DNA from: an uncultured Pseudomonadota bacterium
GTDB lineage: Bacteria; Pseudomonadota; Alphaproteobacteria; RF32; CAG-239
Reading direction: 5' to 3'
DNA length: 64,000 nucleotides
Assembly (NCBI GenBank): GCA_902763905.1
Contig: CACWUA010000005.1
Location: forward strand, 7,373 to 71,372
Below the pieces are notes generated by a model. It ran no database searches. It was not told the origin of the DNA and saw only the letters and a list, made by a program, of their open reading frames with translations. Positions 26,895 through 37,566 of the stretch are shown here, piece after piece; within the stretch, counting starts at the first letter, position 1, and each line of letters opens with the position of its first letter. The position numbers and the translations under genes were made by a program.

Positions 26895-27003
26895 GTCATA
26901 CTGAGCCGACAGGCGAAGTATCCATTCGTTCCGGTGGAACGAACAACACCATAGGTGTTGCTGGATCCTTCACAACGGCTCTAAAGCGCCTGTTCAGAAT
27001 GAC
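26895..27003. repeat. ~109-bp GC-rich imperfect palindromic element (REP/MITE-like)
   Basis: Terminal inverted repeats GTCATACTGAGCCGACAGGCG ... CGCCTGTTCAGAATGAC, with nested inner arms GAAGTATCCAT / CTGGATCCTTC. Shares the GAGCC.ACAGG.CGAAG motif with the repeats flanking tRNA-Arg. Confidence 0.6.
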
Positions 27004-27060
27004 AACCAATACTGTTTTTAAACAAAATAATTTAATAGAGCTATGTTTTATAAAAAAATA

Positions 27061-27089
27061 TTGACAGAAAAATTAAATAATGCTATTTT
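27061..27089 (+). promoter_or_regulatory. candidate sigma70-type promoter for the small paralogue pair
   Basis: TTGACA (27061-27066), a 17-nt spacer, then TATTTT (27084-27089). Confidence 0.35.
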
Positions 27090-27121
27090 GTCAGACAAAC
27101 AGTACTTTTATTTTTACAATT

Positions 27122-27352
27122 ATGGAACAAGACGGAGGTGCGCCTTATTACAAGGCCAAGATTACCGCAAAACCTGTGCTTCGCATTGACGGTACGGTTA
27201 TAGCGAAAGTTTCCTTTGTTGAAAGACAAGGAAAGACGATTGCTCGCTTTTATTCCGATAAGGATAAGGCGTTAACTCTCAAAACAGGTGACATAGTTTA
27301 TGTTTGCCCGTATGACGCAGATGCTTATATGGATGAGAAAAAAATTCAATAA
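27122..27352 (+). CDS. small hypothetical protein (76 aa from ATG 27122)
   Basis: The ORF's upstream ATG at 27080 lies inside the putative promoter, so 27122 is the likelier start. LKTGDIVYVCPYD block is shared with the next ORF. Confidence 0.4.
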   Translation: MEQDGGAPYYKAKITAKPVLRIDGTVIAKVSFVERQGKTIARFYSDKDKALTLKTGDIVYVCPYDADAYMDEKKIQ

Positions 27353-27354
27353 CT

Positions 27355-27657
27355 ATGGAATTTAGTGAGGGACCATTATTTTCTACGGCAATTGTCGAAG
27401 GAAAAGAGGTAACGGAAAAATATGTGAAAATCCGTTATCACAAAAAGAAAAAAATGTTCGGAACCGATTATCCGAGCCACGAAATTAATGCCATTTGGCT
27501 GTCTGATGATGAATACGCCAAAAGACAGTATTGGCAGGCACGTAGATTGCGTTCCGGGGATGAAATTTGGGTGGATTGTTGCTACGGCGACGAGTGGAGT
27601 CTTCCCGAACAAAGATGCGGATTGCTTCGTAGATTGATCAATCAGATCTTTTATTAA
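27355..27657 (+). CDS. small hypothetical protein (100 aa), distant paralogue of the upstream ORF
   Basis: Starts 2 nt after the upstream stop. LRSGDEIWVDCCYGD echoes LKTGDIVYVCPYD. Confidence 0.45.
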   Translation: MEFSEGPLFSTAIVEGKEVTEKYVKIRYHKKKKMFGTDYPSHEINAIWLSDDEYAKRQYWQARRLRSGDEIWVDCCYGDEWSLPEQRCGLLRRLINQIFY

Positions 27658-27770
27658 GTAAATAAAGAGAAACCCTTTGCATTGAGTTGCAGAGGGTTTT
27701 CTTTTGTTATTATCTTGTGAAAGAAAATAAGCCCGCCGAATTTCTCCGGCGGGTTGCGATTTTATCAAAA

Positions 27771-30119
27771 TTATTTGGGATTGCGTGGATCAAATATTTT
27801 ACCTTTAGCCAATCTGTTTTTTATCAATTCATTTGTAAACATTTTTTCAAAATCACCGGCATCTTTATGTCTGGCGGCAATTTTTATTCCTTCTGCAAGT
27901 TGATTATCGGAAACAAATTGTAAATCTTCAGGTTTGAGGTCTCGGAGCATTTTCAGCTCTGTATCAGCAATACGCAGCATAAGAGCAAACCGGTCTTCAC
28001 TTGAAGTAAAAGCAGATGCCGATGCCAATTTATTTTTATTCATATTTAGAGTTATTACATTTTCCAATGTCTGTGGAAATTTTTCTTCAACCTTGTAAAC
28101 ATATTTTTTTGTGATGTTCCGAAGAACATTACCTATGGTATTTGTATTTTGTTTTCCGCTTTTTTCATAGGCATTCAGCAGTTGCAACATTGTCAATTTG
28201 TCGGCGTGTTCCGGGTATTTGGTTATCAAAATTTCTGCCATTGCCGCATCGTAATACGAATCCGCAGAAGAATCTATTATGGTATTATCATCAGTTAGTG
28301 ACAAACGATGTGCATAACGCTCTGGATAATTTTTTTCAGGTTGTTGTTTAATTTGCTCCAGCAATCGAGGCATTAAAGCCTGCTCTTTCCATGCAAACAA
28401 TGCATCTTCCATTTTTGCTCCTTTATCAACCACAAATTCATAGCCCATATAACTACCTTTTGACGCTTTGCCGGTCGACGAACCCAGCATCGGTTCATTT
28501 GCAACTTTTACCATTGCTGCACATATATCTTCAACTCTTTTCTCCGGTCCGACTTTTCCAACGTAAGCAGCCTTGTCCAACAGTTGTCGACGTTTGATTC
28601 TTGTGGCGACGGCTTCAGGTGCTTCTCCCTCATTCCATGTAAATGACTGTCTGTCTTTACCTCCCGCAGTCGGTATGTCGACCCTTATTTTACCCTGCAG
28701 TTTATTTTTTGCATGCTGTAATTCGTGCATCAATGTTTCAGACGAGGCGTCTAATGTTTCACGGTTCAAATGTATATGCAGTGTTTCAGCATTATCTAAC
28801 CCATGCAATGCATTATGTTTGTCGCCCGTTAGCAAAGTAAGATTCTTCGGCTGATTTATCTGTAGCGGAATCTCCTTTTCTCTTTTTTTCTTCGGCATAT
28901 TCTCCCGGAGTTTTTTCATCATTTCTTCTCTTCTGAAATCATAATCAGGAGGATAGCTGTATATATCACGGCCGGATGACGAACGTGGCTTGTCGCCCTT
29001 GGAGGCAATTTTACCTGCCAATCGTCCCAGAGCCTCAACAATCTTTTCCTCATTTTCATCGGTATGGCCGCTCACCGGATATTGAGTATCGGTAACTGTT
29101 TTGGTACTCAAATCCTGCAATTTTTCCCGTCCTTTCATTACCTCTATCACTTTGGAACAGAACTCCGGATCTTTATCCTTCAGCTGTTCCAAACTTTCTT
29201 CGGAGCATTTACCGCCTTTGAGAGCCATCTGCAAAACCGCACCTTTATTATCACTGTCTTCATAGGTATTTATGTCACGTACTATGCGGTTGATAGTCCA
29301 ATCCAGAGCGGTTTCTTTAGATATATCCTGGTGATTGATATCTACACCGGCTTCAATATAAGCGTCTACCGCTTCCGGTGTTTCCGCAAAAAACAATTTT
29401 GTCATTTTGAAACCTGTGATTTTCCGCGCTTCCGGATCTTGCAAAATTTCTTCTCTGGTCGGGGATTTTGCCTTTTTTCTCACACCGTGATTTCCCAATC
29501 CCTCAACAAACTCTTCAAGATCGAGCGATTTGTTACCTTTTTCCGCAGTCATTATACCAATATACGATTTATCGGTTAAAACTCTTTTTGCCGGCTCGGT
29601 ACTGCTTCTGTATACAACAAAAGAAACTTCTTCTACGGAAGACGAGGGATTATTTTTGGAAAACTCATAAACGGCATTGAATATGGCTTTGGCCGATTGT
29701 TCTTGCGTTAGTGAGCCGATAATGCCCGTTCCGATTTCCGGCAACGCGATTCGTTTTATTCCCACTTCATTGGCGGTTTCTAAAGTTTTGAGTACGGAGC
29801 GGTTCACAACTTCGAATTGGCTGTCTTCTCTGGCACTGACTGTTACTACGTGAGCGAGCTTAACGTCCGGCTTGCCGGATTCTGTTATAATGGCATCACC
29901 GTCCTTCAGAAAGCCTTCTTGGGCGACTTTTTCATAGGCCTCTAAACCTGCGCCCATGCCGGCTGTCTCTATGGCATAACCCACACCGCCGCCGGAAGCA
30001 CCGTCTCTAAACTCCGGGACAACAATGCAATCCGCATCTTCTGCGGCAACATTACCTGTTTTCAGACAAACATTTATGTTGTTAATTTTCTGTTCAAAGT
30101 CGGTAACATTTTCGCTCAT
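27771..30119 (-). CDS. large macro-domain protein with a C-terminal HExxH (zincin-like) region; effector candidate
   Basis: RBS AAGGAG 8 nt before ATG 30119. The N-terminal ~170 aa form a macro domain (DADCIVVP...GGGVGYAIETAG...DGDAIITESG...KLAHVVTV...RIALPEIGTGIIG). One weak ankyrin-like repeat (AGVDINHQDISKETALDW). TLMHELQHA motif at about residue 480. Confidence 0.7.
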   Translation of the reverse strand: MSENVTDFEQKINNINVCLKTGNVAAEDADCIVVPEFRDGASGGGVGYAIETAGMGAGLEAYEKVAQEGFLKDGDAIITESGKPDVKLAHVVTVSAREDSQFEVVNRSVLKTLETANEVGIKRIALPEIGTGIIGSLTQEQSAKAIFNAVYEFSKNNPSSSVEEVSFVVYRSSTEPAKRVLTDKSYIGIMTAEKGNKSLDLEEFVEGLGNHGVRKKAKSPTREEILQDPEARKITGFKMTKLFFAETPEAVDAYIEAGVDINHQDISKETALDWTINRIVRDINTYEDSDNKGAVLQMALKGGKCSEESLEQLKDKDPEFCSKVIEVMKGREKLQDLSTKTVTDTQYPVSGHTDENEEKIVEALGRLAGKIASKGDKPRSSSGRDIYSYPPDYDFRREEMMKKLRENMPKKKREKEIPLQINQPKNLTLLTGDKHNALHGLDNAETLHIHLNRETLDASSETLMHELQHAKNKLQGKIRVDIPTAGGKDRQSFTWNEGEAPEAVATRIKRRQLLDKAAYVGKVGPEKRVEDICAAMVKVANEPMLGSSTGKASKGSYMGYEFVVDKGAKMEDALFAWKEQALMPRLLEQIKQQPEKNYPERYAHRLSLTDDNTIIDSSADSYYDAAMAEILITKYPEHADKLTMLQLLNAYEKSGKQNTNTIGNVLRNITKKYVYKVEEKFPQTLENVITLNMNKNKLASASAFTSSEDRFALMLRIADTELKMLRDLKPEDLQFVSDNQLAEGIKIAARHKDAGDFEKMFTNELIKNRLAKGKIFDPRNPK

Positions 30120-30251
30120 AATCAATACTCCTTGTGATAGAAATCCGATATGCTCTCATGCTAAATTATTTTTAGACAAAAGTCAAGAACTACTTGCAAA
30201 AAAAGCACGCCGTTTTGCCGGCGTACTTTAATATGGTTTGACTTGAAGTGA

Positions 30252-32717
<2,466 letters not shown>

Positions 32718-32861
32718 TCACAATGCCAAAAGTATAGCGCAGAGCCGAAAATTTACAAAGAATAAAATGCAAGTTATAAACGGAAAAATAAGCAATGTAC
32801 CCAATTATTATGAAACAATGAATTATTTTGTAAAATATTTGATAACAATATTTCCGAACAA

Positions 32862-32892
32862 ACACAAAAAATCCCGCTCTTATCAGGCGGGA
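32862..32892 (-). terminator. rho-independent terminator after rpsU
   Basis: Stem ATCCCGC/GCGGGAT (32870-32876/32886-32892), followed on the minus strand by T6. Confidence 0.7.
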
Positions 32893-32914
32893 TTTCTTAA
32901 AAAGCAATAAATTT

Positions 32915-33121
32915 CTAGAAACCTTCGGTATCTAAGCGTTTACGCATTTGCTTACGAGCGCGACGCACTGCCTCAGCCTTACGACGAGCCTTTTTCTCGC
33001 AATTTTTCTCATGACAACGGCGCAACTTCATCTCGCGGAAAACGCCTTCTCTTTGCATTTTCTTCTTCAGAATTTTCAAAGACTGGTTGACATCGTTGCC
33101 GATAACCGTAACCTGAACCAC
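32915..33121 (-). CDS. rpsU: 30S ribosomal protein S21
   Basis: 68 aa. [19 protein letters not shown] and a basic tail typical of S21. Confidence 0.9.
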   Translation of the reverse strand: MVQVTVIGNDVNQSLKILKKKMQREGVFREMKLRRCHEKNCEKKARRKAEAVRRARKQMRKRLDTEGF

Positions 33122-33213
33122 TTAAATCACCCCTTTCCGGTTTAAATTGTTAACAAATTGAGCCTTATGTATCACACGATATTTCATTTTGCAAGCAAAA
33201 AATAAAAAATTGC

Positions 33214-33426
33214 TCATGCAATGATATTCGGATTAATACTTGCTTCCACTTTATCTATCTTTTTTTCGATTCCGATTTTTTGAGAACTTAAACGGCGTGC
33301 CTGAAAAAAATCTATGGTTTTTCCTTGCTTCAATAGCCGCGATAAATCAGTTTTGATGTGGCGTTGCTCCAATTTCATTTCACATAAAAGAAGCTGCAAT
33401 TTTGCCATTTTATCATTTGCCGTCAT
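33214..33426 (-). CDS. small coiled-coil protein (possibly DUF465/YdcH-like)
   Basis: 70 aa, helical heptad pattern. The family assignment is weak. Confidence 0.35.
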   Translation of the reverse strand: MTANDKMAKLQLLLCEMKLEQRHIKTDLSRLLKQGKTIDFFQARRLSSQKIGIEKKIDKVEASINPNIIA

Positions 33427-33556
33427 CGAATGTTAGTCCTTTCATAGAATAAAGTTGTCATAAACTTTACTTTTTTAGTGGAAATTTTATATTTAAGTTG
33501 TAAAGAGTATACATTATTTTTAAATCAATTGCAAATAAAAAATACGGAGAAATTTT

Positions 33557-34633
33557 ATGAACAAGATTAAAAAAATAGGGATACTGACGAGCGGCGGCGA
33601 TTGCGCCGGACTTAACGCTGTTATTTTTTCAGTGGTCAATACCGCATCTCGCTACGGTTGGGAAGTGTATGGTATTCATGACGGTACCGACGGATTGAGT
33701 AATCGCCCGCTTTCTTATGAGATTTTAACCGAGGAGTCTTTTTCAAATTCTCCGTGGCCGCGTCTTTCCGGTTCGTACCTCGGATCGCTTAATACCGGTG
33801 TCAAAGAAGCACCGGAAATTGTGGCTAAGCGTTTTGGCGAGGGCGTAAAAGAACTCGGCTTGGATGCAATTTTGGTGGTAGGCGGTGACGGCAGTATGAA
33901 CATTGTCAGTAATTATTGCAAAATGGCCGGCGTTAAAATGATAGGTATTCCGAAAACCATCGATAATGATACTCCGTTAACCGAATTTTCCGTAGGTTTC
34001 AACACGGCATGTCAGGCTTGCACAAATGCTCTTGATGATTTACTTCTCACTGCTCGTTCGCATCATAGAGCGCTGATTTTGGAAGTTATGGGACGTGATG
34101 CCGGACATTTGGCTATGCATGCTGCAGTTGCCGGATTCGCAGATATATGTTTGGTTCCGGAAATACCATATACTTTGGATGGTATTATTAAAAAATTGGA
34201 AGAAATTAAGCAAAGCGGTCGCAGACATGCTCTGATTGTTGTTTCCGAAGGGGTGAAAACCGAAAAAGGTGAGGCAGTCACCAGTTCGATAAATATGGTC
34301 GGTGAAAAAATCAACGGCGGTATAGGTGAATATTTAAGCAATTTGATTAATGCCAATTATAAAGGTTTTCAAACCAGAGTCACTAAACTTGGACACGTTC
34401 AGCGGTCAGGTAATCCGACAATGTTTGATCGCAGCTTGGCAGTGGTTTTGGGTTCGGAGGCCGTACGTCTTTTGGCGGAAGGCCATACCGATAGAATGGT
34501 GGCATTAACTAAAGGAAAAGTTACGTCTTTTTCTCTGGAAGAAGTTGTTGCAGCCGGAACCACCGGATTGGATGCACACAGTCCGTATGTTAAAGCGGCA
34601 CATAATATAGGAATGTACATTGGAGAAGAATAA
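33557..34633 (+). CDS. pfkA: 6-phosphofructokinase (PfkA family)
   Basis: GILTSGGDCAGLNAVI, VVGGDGS, IPKTIDND and EVMGRDAGHLA motifs. Confidence 0.9.
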   Translation: MNKIKKIGILTSGGDCAGLNAVIFSVVNTASRYGWEVYGIHDGTDGLSNRPLSYEILTEESFSNSPWPRLSGSYLGSLNTGVKEAPEIVAKRFGEGVKELGLDAILVVGGDGSMNIVSNYCKMAGVKMIGIPKTIDNDTPLTEFSVGFNTACQACTNALDDLLLTARSHHRALILEVMGRDAGHLAMHAAVAGFADICLVPEIPYTLDGIIKKLEEIKQSGRRHALIVVSEGVKTEKGEAVTSSINMVGEKINGGIGEYLSNLINANYKGFQTRVTKLGHVQRSGNPTMFDRSLAVVLGSEAVRLLAEGHTDRMVALTKGKVTSFSLEEVVAAGTTGLDAHSPYVKAAHNIGMYIGEE

Positions 34634-34655
34634 GTATCATTTTCGTTAAATTATA

Positions 34656-34684
34656 AACGTCCTTGCTTGAGGACGTTTTTTTAT
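34656..34684 (+). terminator. rho-independent terminator after pfkA
   Basis: Stem AACGTCC/GGACGTT with an 8-nt loop, followed by T8. Confidence 0.75.
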
Positions 34685-34738
34685 TTGACAAAACAAAAGA
34701 AAATACTATAATCAGCTTATAACAAAAATATTTTATAT

Positions 34739-35062
34739 ATGGATATGGTGATTATCATTATTTTTACAGCAATTGCTGTGTGTTTAGTAAGCTGGGCAGA
34801 ATTTATTTTGTTCAAAAAGCGAATAAATGATGCTTTGGAAATCAGTGCGCGAATCGCTGCATCTTGGTGCGTTTTTGATTTTATTCTGCTGACGCTGTTT
34901 TTCGGTTTGTACTTTGCCAATGTTGATATATTTGGCTATCCGCTGATTTTGTTTGTAATGAGTTGCTTGTTTGTTGAATCATTTCTGTGCGGAGCGTTTA
35001 TGTTGGCATGTTGTCTGATGTGCGATCCGCGGCAGCGTAAAAAGCAGATAACAAGAGCTTAA
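34739..35062 (+). CDS. hypothetical membrane protein (107 aa)
   Basis: ORF with 3 hydrophobic helices and no motif. Confidence 0.4.
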   Translation: MDMVIIIIFTAIAVCLVSWAEFILFKKRINDALEISARIAASWCVFDFILLTLFFGLYFANVDIFGYPLILFVMSCLFVESFLCGAFMLACCLMCDPRQRKKQITRA

Positions 35063-35074
35063 AAATCTTTAAAT

Positions 35075-35632
35075 ATGAAGCATTTCTGTAAGTATTTGGC
35101 AATCGGTATAGCGATAGCTATCATTGCCGCAGTAGCAATTTGTTGTGCAGCATGGAGTTTCCACTCGCTGCATCGTTTCATCTGGTTTGTCATTTGTGCC
35201 ATTGTATGTCTGATAATCGGGCAATATCTGGTGAATCCGGACTATGTTTCCGTTGAGAAGGACGGAAAGAAATGTGTCGAAAGGATGTCAAAGGCCGGAC
35301 AAGTAGGCACTGTTATCGCAATTCTTGTTGCTTTAGGCATCTGTGGTTCGTTGGTGTGGACAATAGGTTACGGAGTCGCTTCGTTATTTGGGTGGCAGCC
35401 AGAGTTCTGGGAGATGTATCTGCTCTATGGCGCATTGACCGTCGCGGCGGTTATTCTGGCATTCGTTGCAATTATGCGCATCTATGATTATTGCGATGAC
35501 TTCCGCCACAATCGCTACGATGTCAGAGATTATGCCAAGAATCTCCTGATGTGGATTTTTATCACATTATGTGGGGTGGGTGTAGCCGGAACAATTCTCT
35601 ATTTTTTGTTCCCGCTGGCATTAAGGTACTAA
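35075..35632 (+). CDS. hypothetical membrane protein (185 aa)
   Basis: ORF with 5-6 hydrophobic helices and no motif. Confidence 0.45.
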   Translation: MKHFCKYLAIGIAIAIIAAVAICCAAWSFHSLHRFIWFVICAIVCLIIGQYLVNPDYVSVEKDGKKCVERMSKAGQVGTVIAILVALGICGSLVWTIGYGVASLFGWQPEFWEMYLLYGALTVAAVILAFVAIMRIYDYCDDFRHNRYDVRDYAKNLLMWIFITLCGVGVAGTILYFLFPLALRY

Positions 35633-35637
35633 ATTTA

Positions 35638-35676
35638 AAAGCGTCGTTCTTAACCGAGCGACGCTTTTGTTTTTGT
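35638..35676. terminator. bidirectional terminator between convergent genes (35632 + / rpmB -)
   Basis: Stem GCGTCG/CGACGC, flanked by an A-run on the left and a T-run on the right. Confidence 0.6.
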
Positions 35677-35694
35677 GCACATTATATATTCTGA

Positions 35695-35982
35695 TTAAGC
35701 CTTAGCTTGTTTGGCAACAATCGACTTTTTGATTTGTTTGGCTTCTTCGGTCAACTTTGTGTTGGAAGTAGAAGTCAAAAAAGAATCCAAACCACCGTTG
35801 TGTTCAATCGAACGCAAGGTTTTGGAACAAACTTTGAGCTTAAACACTTTATTCAAAGCCTCGCTGAACAAAGATACAACTTGCAAGTTCGGCATAAAGC
35901 GACGGCGGGTTTTATTGTTAGCATGGCTGACATTGTTGCCGCTCTGAACACCTGTGCCTAAGATATCACATTTTTTAGACAT
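35695..35982 (-). CDS. rpmB: 50S ribosomal protein L28
   Basis: MSKKCDILGTGVQSGNNVSHANNKTRRRFMPNLQ is typical of L28. Confidence 0.9.
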   Translation of the reverse strand: MSKKCDILGTGVQSGNNVSHANNKTRRRFMPNLQVVSLFSEALNKVFKLKVCSKTLRSIEHNGGLDSFLTSTSNTKLTEEAKQIKKSIVAKQAKA

Positions 35983-36111
35983 TTCTTTAATTCCTTAAGT
36001 TAAATTTAACAATATTGTTGTTCGTTATTACATTGATTTTATTGACAAGTCAAGCAAAATTATATAGAAAAGTGAAAAAATAATTAAAAATTCCTCGTTA
36101 ACGGGGTAAAA

Positions 36112-36160
36112 GGCCTCCGATGCCATATAAGAATTATGTAGCGAAAGCTCAATTGGATAG
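36112..36160 (+). repeat. 49-nt duplicate of the region just upstream of and into the 5' end of tRNA-Arg (degenerate pseudo-5' tRNA fragment)
   Basis: 43/49 identical to 36295-36343. The acceptor-stem bases CCCGT are replaced by GCGAA, so it cannot form a tRNA. Confidence 0.7.
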
Positions 36161-36294
36161 CCGGAGGAAGAAAAACAACCTCAAAATGTTGTTTTTCGAC
36201 GACGGGCGAAGACCACTTAATGAGAGGGCGCGACAGCGACAACGAATTTAGTGGACGAGTGACCGAAGCGAGCCACAGGGCGAAGCAAGAAATT
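36161..36294. repeat. ~134-nt GC-rich repeat element, copy 1
   Basis: Shares with copy 2 the hairpin AAAAACAAC-CTCAAAAT-GTTGTTTTT, the GCGACAGCG motif and the 3' block CGAGTGACCG.AGCGAGCC..AGGGCGAAGCAAGA. Confidence 0.7.
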
Positions 36295-36320
36295 GGCCTC
36301 CGACGCCATATAAGAATTAT

Positions 36321-36397
36321 GTACCCGTAGCTCAATTGGATAGAGTGTTGGCCTCCGACGCCAAAGGTTGCGAGTTCGAACCTCGCCGGGTACGCCA
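36321..36397 (+). tRNA. tRNA-Arg (anticodon CCG), CCA encoded
   Basis: Manual cloverleaf fold. Acceptor GTACCCG/CGGGTAC, D-stem GCTC/GAGT, anticodon stem TTGGC/GCCAA with loop CTCCGAC, T-arm GCGAG-TTCGAAC-CTCGC, discriminator G plus CCA. Confidence 0.9.
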
Positions 36398-36399
36398 AT

Positions 36400-36430
36400 A
36401 AAAAATCCCCCGATATGGGGGAATTTTTTA
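36400..36430 (+). terminator. rho-independent terminator after tRNA-Arg
   Basis: Stem TCCCCC/GGGGGA with a GATAT loop, flanked by an A-run and T6. Confidence 0.75.
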
Positions 36431-36467
36431 TTGGAATAACGCGGGGTGAGAAGAGCCTCGCCGGGCT

Positions 36468-36600
36468 TAATATCTAAAAACAACCTCAAAATGTTGTTTT
36501 TAGATATTAAGGCGAAGTGAACGAGCCGAGCTACCAAGCGACAGCGTCCAGTAGCGAGGCCGAGAACGAGTGACCGCAGCGAGCCTAAGGCGAAGCAAGA
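36468..36600. repeat. ~133-nt GC-rich repeat element, copy 2
   Basis: Same family as 36161-36294. Here the hairpin is extended to a perfect 19-bp stem (36466-36484 / 36493-36511). Confidence 0.7.
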
Positions 36601-36672
36601 CGCCATAAAATCCCCCGATATGGGGGAATTTTTTATTGGAATAACGCGGGGTGAGAAGAACCTCGTCAGGCT
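36601..36672 (+). repeat. ~72-nt duplicate of the tRNA 3' end plus terminator region (copy of 36393-36467)
   Basis: CGCCATAAAATCCCCCGATATGGGGGAATTTTTTATTGGAATAACGCGGGGTGAGAAGAACCTCGTCAGGCT is near-identical to the sequence immediately 3' of the tRNA. It supplies a second, bidirectional hairpin next to the VirB8-like gene stop. Confidence 0.7.
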
Positions 36673-37448
36673 CAGAACATCATCATATTATATTTTAAAT
36701 TGTGTGGAACTTCGCTTTCGCCGCCGTGAGCATCGCCCAAATACGACAACGTATAGCTGTACACCAAGAATCCGTACGGATTCAAAATCCGGTCTTCCGG
36801 TCGTTTAAAGCGCAAACCTCCGTCATAACCCACACGTAGTGTAGCGCGCCATAAATCAACTTTAGGTTGCGGATTATCACGAGTTATATCATAAGTTTTG
36901 AATTGCACCATCCACATAGAACGTGAAACATGCTTGGTCCACATAATTTCAATATATCTTTGCAAGCCGAGTCGTTTGAATTGTTCGTCGGCGGACTTGG
37001 CATCTTTTTCTTCAAATTCATGGAAAACGGCATCGGTCGAGTACCAATAAAGAATGGAATTTTTGCTCCAACGCTCTTTAAGTTCGGCATAGTCCTCAGT
37101 AATAGTGTATCTCAGCATGATATAATCACGGATATACTGCTCGGCAATTAAATCGCTGGCATAATAGTTTCGTTCGTCTTTTTCCAACAATTCGAGTTGA
37201 TTGGTGTTGTTATTTATACGATACAGTTGAGGTTCCACATGATAACTTGGTAAAATCATATAAATAATACACGACAGGAACATATTAAAGCAAATACTCA
37301 AACATGTTACAATTACCAGAAATCGTGAAGTCCATAAATACCGTCGCTCCGGAAAAGCATCAACATGCACGCGTTCCGGAAAATACCCCAAGATATCGGG
37401 CGATTCTTTTTCTCTGTATTTAAATAATGTGCCTAATATTGAAACCAT
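36672..37448 (-). CDS. VirB8-family (type IV secretion inner-membrane component)-like protein, solitary
   Basis: Cytoplasmic N-terminus, a single TM helix, then an NTF2-like domain. LIAEQYIRDYIMLRY, WMVQFKTYD and the C-terminal EDRILNPYGFLVYSY parallel the VirB8 motifs (FLVQYVIARE, EDRFVNPLGFQVLRY). Confidence 0.6.
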   Translation of the reverse strand: MVSILGTLFKYREKESPDILGYFPERVHVDAFPERRYLWTSRFLVIVTCLSICFNMFLSCIIYMILPSYHVEPQLYRINNNTNQLELLEKDERNYYASDLIAEQYIRDYIMLRYTITEDYAELKERWSKNSILYWYSTDAVFHEFEEKDAKSADEQFKRLGLQRYIEIMWTKHVSRSMWMVQFKTYDITRDNPQPKVDLWRATLRVGYDGGLRFKRPEDRILNPYGFLVYSYTLSYLGDAHGGESEVPHNLKYNMMMF

Positions 37449-37566
37449 TGCAAATTTTAACCTCTATTTTACGTTTATATCATATATTAAAAGAAAAAGT
37501 GTAATAAAATGTTAATTTTTAATGTTTATTATAACTTAAGGCTATTTATAAGTAAAGGATAGAAAC

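Noticed and set aside
36084-36606. Two overlapping minus-strand ORFs (104 and 129 aa) across the tRNA-Arg region
   Set aside because: They run through the tRNA gene and the GC-rich repeats. The open frames are a by-product of repeat composition, not coding sequence.
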